The position numbers and the translations under genes were made by a program. The notes under the pieces are model-generated. The model had not been told where the DNA came from. It saw only the letters and a list, made by a program, of their open reading frames with translations, and did no database searches. Below, piece by piece: positions 47,463-54,892 of a stretch of DNA of 54,892 nt (positions are counted from its first letter, which is position 1; every line of letters begins with the position of its first letter). The stretch comes from Candidatus Bathyarchaeota archaeon (GTDB lineage: Archaea > Thermoproteota > Bathyarchaeia > Bathyarchaeales > Bathycorpusculaceae), in NCBI GenBank assembly GCA_963827165.1, contig CAWGZR010000007.1, positions 1 through 54,892 on the forward strand. Direction: 5' to 3'.

Positions 47463-48071
47463 ATGATTTTGCCTCGGAGCTTCTACAGGGGGGATGTGTT
47501 AGAGGTTGCGAAGAACTTGCTTGGGAAAGTTCTTGTTCATGACACATCCGAAGGCATGACTTCAGGCAGGATTGTTGAGACTGAGGCTTATTGTGGCCCT
47601 GAGGATTTGGCTGCACATAGTGCCCGCGGCCGACGTACGGAAAGAGTCGAGCTTATGTACGGGGAAAAAGGGCATGCCTACATTTACTTCATTTATGGGA
47701 TGTACTGGTGCTTCAACGTCACGGCTGGAGCAACCCCAGGCAAACCTGAAGCCGTCCTTGTAAGAGCACTTGAACCTGTCAGAGGCACAGAGTTGATGGA
47801 TAAGCGGCGAGGCACACAGAACGTCACCAACTTATCAAATGGCCCAGGCAAACTCTGCATGGCGATGTCGCTTACGGGGGCACAGACTAAAGCCGACTTG
47901 ACCAAACCGCCTTTACGCATAACAGACGCTCCGGCCATTCCGCAGGAATGTATTCTAGCTACGGCCCGCATCGGCGTCGACTATGCCGGCGAATGGAAGA
48001 ATCAGCCATGGCGATTCTACATCAAAGACAACAGTTTTGTTTCCACATGGAAAAAGCATTCGCAGGTTTGA
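47463..48071 (+). CDS. mpg: DNA-3-methyladenine glycosylase (MPG/AAG family)
   Basis: VA..LLGK.L, GRIVETEAY.G.ED.AAHS, Y.Y.IYGM.WC.NV, AVLVRALEP, GPGKL, RIG, PWRF. Confidence 0.93.
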   Translation: MILPRSFYRGDVLEVAKNLLGKVLVHDTSEGMTSGRIVETEAYCGPEDLAAHSARGRRTERVELMYGEKGHAYIYFIYGMYWCFNVTAGATPGKPEAVLVRALEPVRGTELMDKRRGTQNVTNLSNGPGKLCMAMSLTGAQTKADLTKPPLRITDAPAIPQECILATARIGVDYAGEWKNQPWRFYIKDNSFVSTWKKHSQV

Positions 48072-48380
48072 TGTGTTTGCTGCTTTCTTAAGCGGTAGCT
48101 TTTTCTTTTCTATGATTTAACTTCCGCTCTTTCAGCCAGAATGATAATGAAAGCGTGAATGGATAGGCTGTGAGCTTAATCAGCTTATTCGAGATAAAGA
48201 ATTAGCAAATAGGAATTCAGGAAGAGTCGAAACTTTTCTAAAAAGAATCAAGAAGTAAGTTGCTGCATCAAGATAAACACAAATGTTTATTTTTCGCTCA
48301 CAGTTTGAGAAATGGCGGAGTAAAGGTTATGCCGTTAAACGTGAATGAGCAAAAAATAGTTCTTGGAAGCAGAGGTGCCT

Positions 48381-48851
48381 ATGTCAGAACAATCAGCGTC
48401 TAAGCCTGAAACCCTGAAAGAACCGGCGCGGCATCATCAGCCGGGGCAGTCGGCATTCCGAGCCATCCTTGCCGAAGACGTTGAGTGGAAACCGTTCGCG
48501 GCGTTCCCACCGGAGGCGCGCCTGGCAGTTCTGGTTGGCCAACCCTTGGAGCGCGGACCTTATACTATCAGAGTCAAAGTGCCCGACGGGGTGAAACTAA
48601 TGCCCCACCGTCATCCTGAGGACCGCATTTATACGGTCATTTCCGGCGTCTTCTACATCGGATTGGGTGATGAATTCGATGCCGATAAGCTAGATGCATA
48701 TCCGCCCGGCGCTGTAATTATTCTTCCCGGAAACACTTCCCATTTCCACTGGGCGAAGTCCGGCGAATACGTCACGCAGGTAACCGCAATAGGGCCTCTC
48801 GGCATGAAATATATCGACTCGAAAGATGATCCGCGGAATGTTCCTCATTAA
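48381..48851 (+). CDS. Cupin domain protein (DUF4437-like)
   Basis: PHRHPEDR.YTVISG.F.IG.G, PG....LPG.T.HFHWA. Confidence 0.85.
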   Translation: MSEQSASKPETLKEPARHHQPGQSAFRAILAEDVEWKPFAAFPPEARLAVLVGQPLERGPYTIRVKVPDGVKLMPHRHPEDRIYTVISGVFYIGLGDEFDADKLDAYPPGAVIILPGNTSHFHWAKSGEYVTQVTAIGPLGMKYIDSKDDPRNVPH

Positions 48852-48988
48852 TACGCACATTTAACCATCTTTTACAATTTAGCGCAGAGCGGGGAATCCC
48901 ATTACCAATTTACCAGTAAAAATATGCATTGAAACGGGCGATAAGAATGCTCAGCCGGTTTAAGAATTCTCGTGCTATCGTGTTAAGC

Positions 48989-49375
48989 TCAGGGCTTCAT
49001 CAAGGTAACATGAATCGGTTCTATTCTTAGAATTACCCTATCGCCGTGTTGTCTGTAATCTATGCCTATATATTTGTGCGATAGCTTATCGATATGTTCC
49101 TCAGCACCTTCCTTTCTTATCTCGACAACTTTGCCCCTGATAAAAAGCGAATCGTAGGGGTCGTTCATATTGAACACGCTTATCGCCACACGGGGATCGC
49201 GCCTAATATTCCTCGTCTTAACCCTGTTCTCGGTCGTGTTAATCAATACGATGTTGCTGTCGTGGTCTACCCAAGTTGTAGTTACGTGTGGGGAACCATC
49301 CCTCATCAATGTGGCTATGTTTGCGAAATTTTTCGCTTCAATCAACTTTTTCGCTTTTTCAGGCAGGTTTACCAT
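48989..49375 (-). CDS. PPOX-class F420-dependent oxidoreductase
   Basis: NFA.IATL..DGSPH.T..W, K.RN..RDPRVAISV, IDKL..KY.G. Confidence 0.9.
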   Translation of the reverse strand: MVNLPEKAKKLIEAKNFANIATLMRDGSPHVTTTWVDHDSNIVLINTTENRVKTRNIRRDPRVAISVFNMNDPYDSLFIRGKVVEIRKEGAEEHIDKLSHKYIGIDYRQHGDRVILRIEPIHVTLMKP

Positions 49376-49706
49376 GTAGACACCCTTACCAAGACTGATA
49401 GCACAAAGATTAATAGCTTTCTTGGCTAGCGAGTCGTGAAACAACGTATAGCAAATGGGCCCGAAGGCGCACGCTGATTCGTGTGAACGAGATAGGGCAA
49501 AATATTACCATTACATTTCGTGGCAACAACGAATATTTATGTGGTTTGTAATAGGTAAAGCGCGCTGGCTTGTCCCGAAATTAAAGCTTATGCTGAAACA
49601 GGGCCTGCTTGTTTCTTCGCGTGGAGGCGCCTCAAAATACGGGACGAAAGAACCAAGCGGTATCACCGACTTATTTCAACACATAATACCCGAACAAGGC
49701 AGCGCG

Positions 49707-50573
49707 CTAACGCTTTACCTTTCTTCTACGAATGTACAAAACCAATCCTCCTGCTACAGCGACTGCCACCACGACTGCAACGACCACGTACTCGGCAAGA
49801 GTTGTGGTTGAAAGAGTGGAAGATGGAGCAAGTGTGGCAATTGGCCCGATGGAACTTTCCTCCCACCAAGCGACAGGCGAATTGACTGTTTCGACTGCCT
49901 GAGACATATCTTGTTGACTGAGTCCTCCAGAATCAGTAATCGCCTGGTTTGCCTGCAGCAAGGCGGTGCTGTTACTTGCGAGGTCTTGAACCTCAACCAA
50001 GCCCTCAATCACCATCACATTAGCGGTGCCATTCTCATATGCTGCCGCAGTAAATTCAGTTCCCCGAACCCCAACAACAGCTGTCACACCGATATCAGCA
50101 TCCCAATTATCGGATCCACCAGTTGCGCTTTGGATGTTTGCCCACAACATACCAAACAGGAGATAAAGGAGGTGGTGTAGGCCGTGAGGGTCTTTATAAG
50201 TGACATTTGTATTCTGGCCTAATAGGATTTTACCGCCAGAGAATTGGATTAACAGTACACTATTCGGTCCCGTCATTATAGTGTCCCCTAAACTTACGGT
50301 GTCAGAGGGAACTAAAGGTGTCCATTCAACGCCTCCATTTGAGCTTATCTGGACTGTCCCAGACACCCTTTGAACGGTAATAGGCTGCTCTGTGGACCCA
50401 TTAACTGCGGGTGCAAGTGCTGGAATTGAGGTGAATGCCGCAGCCAATATGACAGCTGCTATGATTAACGCACTGCAGCCGTAGCGCGCACTAACCCTTC
50501 CTCGCAAGTTATTCGCTCCATCTAACCGCTTTTCGCTTCTTTCATTTAAAGCCTTCCCCCATGTGCGTGACAA
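49707..50573 (-). CDS. Surface-anchored FecR-domain protein
   Basis: Signal-like TM; GD.I.TG.NS, AVVGVRGTEF, V.VIEG.VEV; C-terminal TM plus RRRK. Confidence 0.75.
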   Translation of the reverse strand: MSRTWGKALNERSEKRLDGANNLRGRVSARYGCSALIIAAVILAAAFTSIPALAPAVNGSTEQPITVQRVSGTVQISSNGGVEWTPLVPSDTVSLGDTIMTGPNSVLLIQFSGGKILLGQNTNVTYKDPHGLHHLLYLLFGMLWANIQSATGGSDNWDADIGVTAVVGVRGTEFTAAAYENGTANVMVIEGLVEVQDLASNSTALLQANQAITDSGGLSQQDMSQAVETVNSPVAWWEESSIGPIATLAPSSTLSTTTLAEYVVVAVVVAVAVAGGLVLYIRRRKVKR

Positions 50574-50674
50574 GTCGAATTGATGCCAAGCGCGTCCTAA
50601 AAGTAAGTTAATCGGATGAACTCACCCGTGGAAGTTATGATTCCATGACACTAAGCATAAAAGATGGGTGGGTT

Positions 50675-51109
50675 TTACCCGAATGTTATGTATTTCTTGG
50701 GCTCCATCATGTTAACTCTGCTCCAGTGTTGAGCCTGGCATTTTGCTACCTTCACGATGATCAATCCGGGGCTTTCTGCCGTTATCCCCATTTGCTTTAG
50801 AAAAGGCCGCGCTTCTATCACTTTGCGCTTCATCTCTATATCGTTCACAAACTCAACCTTGCCTGTGACTCGCACCATATCTCCAGTTTTGCTTTTGGGG
50901 TCGAAGAAGCAGACTTCCACTTTGGGATTGACTTTAAGCTGCTTATATACATCTTTGCTCGCGTCCATGCTGTAGTAAAGGCCGGTTTTATCGGCAGAGA
51001 AAAGCTGCAACGCACGCACTTTCGGTTGATCGCCGTCTAAGGTGGCGAAGAAGCTGATTGGGTTGTCGGTTACAAACTTGAGAATTTCGTTCAATTCCAT
51101 AATTATCAC
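50675..51109 (-). CDS. Pyridoxamine 5'-phosphate oxidase-like FMN-binding protein
   Basis: FFAT.DGDQP.VR, K.VYKQL..NPKVE.CF, RV.G.VEF. Confidence 0.88.
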   Translation of the reverse strand: MIIMELNEILKFVTDNPISFFATLDGDQPKVRALQLFSADKTGLYYSMDASKDVYKQLKVNPKVEVCFFDPKSKTGDMVRVTGKVEFVNDIEMKRKVIEARPFLKQMGITAESPGLIIVKVAKCQAQHWSRVNMMEPKKYITFG

Positions 51110-51292
51110 CTAAACAGTAATACTTATGACAACGATTATAGGCTTTTCCAAAGCAGACAAACTGGCGGTTTGGCAGTTTACGGAGCCTCTTGATACTTCA
51201 CACCTGTTTGGTTAGGTTGAATTTGGAAAAACCGAATTACCTCACTTCCATGCCATATGATAAGCGTCTCACAAATTAACGGAATATGGAAG

Positions 51293-51336
51293 TGGCGCGG
51301 GGATGTTAGATTTACACTCACGTTTAAATCCCACAC
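51293..51336 (-). repeat. tRNA-Ser 3'-derived dyad site D
   Basis: TGGCGCGGGGATGTTAGATTTACACTCACGTTTAAATCCCACAC; flank GAATATGGAAG matches the tRNA flank GAATTTGGAAA. Confidence 0.88.
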
Positions 51337-51463
51337 GATAAAATCCATAAAAATATAGGCTACAGGTCTACCATCAGCCTTTGATATTAGCTTTGTGACT
51401 ACTATCCTTCAGTCACATATTCTTTTAACCTTCAAAGTTTTCTGTTTTTTTGGTGGAATCTAA

Positions 51464-51859
51464 ATGATTGGTGAATTAATAATTGAAATAAAAGGGAAAA
51501 CAACGGGTGTCCGCGTTCTAGCAGAAGGAAAGGTAGAGGCGTCACATTCGGGAGCTGGGACACTTTTTGGAAAAGAAGCCACGGTAATGGACACAGCCGT
51601 TTCAACATTCATGCCTAACGGAGTGTTAATGGTAGATGTGAATGGAATACTCATGAATGCTGAAGGTGACTTGGTAATGACAAAGATCAATGGAATGGGC
51701 TGGCCTACAGGCAAAGGCTTGAAATCAAGCTACAGAGGAGCCTGTTATTTCATGACAAACTCACCCAAACTCGCGAATCTCAACAAGACTGTCGGCGTTT
51801 GGGAACTTGAAACAGAAGAAAACGGAGAATACAGTCTCAAAGTCTGGGTATGGAAGTAG
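51464..51859 (+). CDS. Conserved hypothetical beta-barrel-like protein
   Basis: 131 aa, GGTGGA RBS, T-rich terminator after the stop. Confidence 0.7.
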   Translation: MIGELIIEIKGKTTGVRVLAEGKVEASHSGAGTLFGKEATVMDTAVSTFMPNGVLMVDVNGILMNAEGDLVMTKINGMGWPTGKGLKSSYRGACYFMTNSPKLANLNKTVGVWELETEENGEYSLKVWVWK

Positions 51860-52355
51860 TAGCACCCTTTTTTGGGATTATTTATTTCGCAGTTGCTTCT
51901 TTAATATTGCCCAATTGTACTCGGCTAGGCTCACGCAGAGCTAGATTTTTCAATAATTAGCGCGGCGCACCTTAAAGTCTTGAAATGCTTCCTTTAACAA
52001 GATTTACTTTTAGGCTTTTCAATTTTGGGACAAACCAACGCGAATTGCATCACTTTATGTAAATGCTGGTTATTTCAATTTTTTTAACTGTCGCTATATC
52101 ATCAGGTTTTTCTCTATAGTCTTATCCTTCTCGCCTGTCACGCTCAACTTATTTCCAAGTATGTGGATTTAACACTTTTCGGTTCCAAAAATGACCATTA
52201 GACCGGCAACCACCAAGAATGCAATCGCTATTAATGCTCGTATACGAAAATTGTTTACACAGGAAAATCATCTAAAACGTTTGGATCATGAACTAAACCT
52301 GTCCGGAACAATATTGTTCCAGCACTGACAAATATTTTGTTGATTATTCCTTGCT

Positions 52356-52838
52356 TCATGGCTCGGCAAGTATTTTCAAAAGGTTCTTTTCTGTAAAAAT
52401 ATCTCCATTAACCTCTTTATCCACTTCATACAACGTTTTTAGATTGATTTCTTCGTTGACACTCTTTATCTTGATTAGCGCTTTAAGCAGAGCTTTTTCT
52501 CTATCGTCAAAACTCCTTAATTTTAAGGCTCTCTCAAATCGCTTAATCCATCTTCTTTTTTCAATTCCTTGGAAAGCAAACGAAAAAAAAGCTACCAAAG
52601 CTACAATTGAGACCGGCAAGATTGAAATTGAAACTAGAAAATCATGCGCAACGTAGCCTACAGTTACAAGTGCACCAATTAAGAAAACAAGCGCCAAGAA
52701 AAACTCCGGGCGCGCGCCATCATAATTTTTTCTAATTTTCGATTTGTTTTCTTCAACCCAATTAATGAGATCAAGAACTTTATCCAGTGGCTCTTTCGGC
52801 ATCTGGGGCTCTATTTGCTGATTCTCTTTATTAGTCAT
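52356..52838 (-). CDS. Two-TM membrane protein
   Basis: Likely ATG at 52838 after GTGGTGG; two hydrophobic segments. Confidence 0.6.
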   Translation of the reverse strand: MTNKENQQIEPQMPKEPLDKVLDLINWVEENKSKIRKNYDGARPEFFLALVFLIGALVTVGYVAHDFLVSISILPVSIVALVAFFSFAFQGIEKRRWIKRFERALKLRSFDDREKALLKALIKIKSVNEEINLKTLYEVDKEVNGDIFTEKNLLKILAEP

Positions 52839-53162
52839 TTCCACCACTATTTCTAGCGCGCAAGATTTAACTTTTGGCGTTTCCCGTTTTCCCCAAAGTC
52901 TTAAGGATAAAGACAATGAAATAGAAAAACGAGGAGTCCTCGCCACCAATGGGCTCAAAAATTTTCTTAATACTTGACTTCGGATTTTTTCTCTGAACGC
53001 TGAGCGGCGATTCCTAGCCCATTTAACCAACAAAATTTTTTTACGCCAGCCCTGGCATGCCCCAAACCGTCTGGAGCGCGTTAAGCGCGTAAAGCTTGAC
53101 TTCCCGATAACTTAGCGTAAAGATTATTAATTTTAAGAACATTAACTAGAATTGGTGTTTTT

Positions 53163-53561
53163 ATGAGGATTAAGTATCCTGGCGTGTACGTTAGTGATCA
53201 GGGCAAAGCATTAAAGTTTTATACTGAGGTCCTTGGTTTTGTCAAAAAGGCAGATATTACAGCAGGAAAATACAGGTGGCTGACCGTTACTTCGCCTGAA
53301 GACAAGGATGGTGTGGAGTTAGTTCTTGAGCCAAACGAAAACCCAACTGCAAAGGCATACCAAGAAGCTCTCTTCAAGCAGGGTATTCGCGCAAATAACT
53401 TCATTGTGGATGATATCCAAAAAGACTATGAACGATTGCAAAAACTTGGTGTGAAGTTTACTATGCAGCCAACAAAGCTACCAGGCACACCTTCAACCAT
53501 AGCAGTACTTGATGACACCTGTGGCAATTTGATACAGATCACACAGATGGTTTACTCGTAG
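53163..53561 (+). CDS. VOC/glyoxalase family protein
   Basis: VYV.DQ.KAL.FYTEVLGF, RWLTV.SP, ELVLEP, F.VDDI, DDTCGNLIQ. Confidence 0.92.
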   Translation: MRIKYPGVYVSDQGKALKFYTEVLGFVKKADITAGKYRWLTVTSPEDKDGVELVLEPNENPTAKAYQEALFKQGIRANNFIVDDIQKDYERLQKLGVKFTMQPTKLPGTPSTIAVLDDTCGNLIQITQMVYS

Positions 53562-53593
53562 TAATATGGGAGATTGGCGAGTCTAATTTGGAA

Positions 53594-53974
53594 TCATGAA
53601 TATTTGGAACGACTTGTTTCTTTCTGGTTTTCCTTTACTCTGAACTTTACCATTTCCTTTATCAAATCTAATGGTATTGGCTTGTCCAATGGAAATTTGA
53701 CGGTGCCTTGGACTCTGCTTACTTCATAGCCTGACAGTTTGTTTTTGAATTCCTCTATTGCCGACTTCCGCGGATAGAAACCAATGTGATTCTTGAATGC
53801 TCCAAACCAGACCAAGTTGCTATCGAGTTTGAAGGCTGGCATGTTGTAACTAATTGCTTCTTCGGCTTTGGGTGCGGCATCCCTAATCGCATGCCTTATT
53901 TGTTCCAAAACAATTTGAACGTTCTTGGGAAAAGAAGCTATGTATTCATCAATCGAATCAAAATTCTTTTCCAT
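53594..53974 (-). CDS. DUF1801 (YdhG-like) protein
   Basis: IDEYI..FP, AP.AEE.ISY.MP.F, HIGFYP, GT..FP.DKP.P.DLI..MVKFR. Confidence 0.9.
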   Translation of the reverse strand: MEKNFDSIDEYIASFPKNVQIVLEQIRHAIRDAAPKAEEAISYNMPAFKLDSNLVWFGAFKNHIGFYPRKSAIEEFKNKLSGYEVSRVQGTVKFPLDKPIPLDLIKEMVKFRVKENQKETSRSKYS

Positions 53975-54214
53975 GGACTAAAAACACCAAGAGGATATTT
54001 GCAGAGCTTTTCCTAATAACTTTTCGCGTCGCATCCCTTACCCGAAATTTCCATACCATAAAAAGTTTGGGCCTCTATCGGGTTCTGCCCCAAAGATTAT
54101 ATGTGAGTTGATTTGGCTTCAAACAATAGCTCGCAGGGAGTACAGCATTATTTCTGGCGGATAATTTAGGCTTAGTTTCCAAAATTAAAGGTAACAATAA
54201 GCTGAATTTGGAAA

Positions 54215-54300
54215 TGGCGCGGGATGTGGGATTTGAACCCACGCGGCCTTTCGACCACAGACTTAGCAGGCCTGCCCCCTACCAGGCAGGGCAATCCCGC
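54215..54300 (-). tRNA. tRNA-Ser(GCT), CCA encoded
   Basis: GCGGGAT/ATCCCGC acceptor stem, CAGGC-CT-GCT-AA-GTCTG anticodon arm, long variable arm, GTGGG-TTCAAAT-CCCAC T arm, G discriminator + CCA; the usually invariant A14 reads T. Confidence 0.92.
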
Positions 54301-54892
54301 ACGAAACTATTTGGTTGTTCTAAGCCTGTTTAGACTTATTTAGATGTTCAATTTGAACACCTAAGTGGTCAGTCTCAGCCATCTCAGTATGAGGTAATTT
54401 AATTAAAGTTTTCTGAGCATTTAAACCACTGCTATCGCTCAGTTGTCTCTCTGCAGACATCTTGGACTGTTGATAATAGACCAATTTTTGTTCTTGCCGT
54501 AGTCAGCCTTGCCTTCATAAAGCCTAATCATGTAATAGTTGCTAACTGCAGAATAACGTCGATTACACATATGAGATTAGCATCATTTACATCATACTTG
54601 ACTTTGGGACCCATCGTGGTCGATTGCTTTTAAGATTCCCAAGAACTGATTTTGATTCGTAGAACGTGAGATTTCTTTAAACTCAAAAATACGCAATTAT
54701 CTCGCAGTTGCTTCCTAACAAGTGATTGATTATCTATTTTTGTTCTCGCTTTTGTTTTTCTAATTTTTTGAGGTACCTTGAGGCATCTTCAATAAACTTT
54801 TGCTCGGAAGCTGTCCTTTTAGATTCATTTTTCTTTTTCATACGAATCAAGCAATTTATTTAAGATCTTTCCAAACAAGGTTTAGTTATTCA

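Noticed and set aside
49570-49646. GTCCCG...CGGGAC bracket with internal hairpins
   Set aside because: Stems are short and there is no supporting promoter or second copy; insufficient for an ncRNA call.
52160-52190. Possible fifth tRNA-derived site (ATGTGGATTTAACAC)
   Set aside because: Only a half-arm matches, and it lies at the end of what looks like a decayed membrane-protein reading frame on the minus strand.
54301-54892. Integrase next to the tRNA
   Set aside because: No long ORF or tyrosine-recombinase motif on either strand; only a ~48-codon charged ORF near the window edge.

Overview
The window has two parts. Bases 1-~2682 look bacterial (VanZ, DedA, mnmA, a REP-like palindrome; Chloroflexi-like by impression), and mnmA is cut off inside its N-terminal SGGVDS motif. 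From ~2683 onward the sequence is archaeal (aIF-1A, aIF-2alpha, L35Ae, TATA/BRE promoters, PEF-CTERM-like protein; gene content suggests Bathyarchaeia), so the join is probably a chimeric read/assembly or a recent transfer. The archaeal part is mostly accessory: redox genes, a MoxR-type AAA+, displaced translation-factor genes, secreted beta-propellers, a PAS hybrid kinase, an IS1634 element splitting a regulator, a pH/ion homeostasis cluster (3 CPA1 antiporters, ClC, P3A H+-ATPase, TMEM175), a RelE-RHH pair and tRNA-Ser(GCT). Best candidates for new biology: (1) four co-oriented, dyad-symmetric sites derived from the tRNA-Ser 3' end that divide the adjacent ~10.6 kb into integrase-free gene modules (cassette-array-like); (2) an 11 x 10-bp tandem array between a TATA box and a small tandem-AbrB (MraZ-like) gene; (3) a highly structured intergenic RNA candidate at ~7.4-7.6 kb; (4) a LysW-like microprotein ending DLGEL next to aIF-1A. 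Several single-base frameshifts suggest sequencing indels. All calls are by eye; no searches were run.
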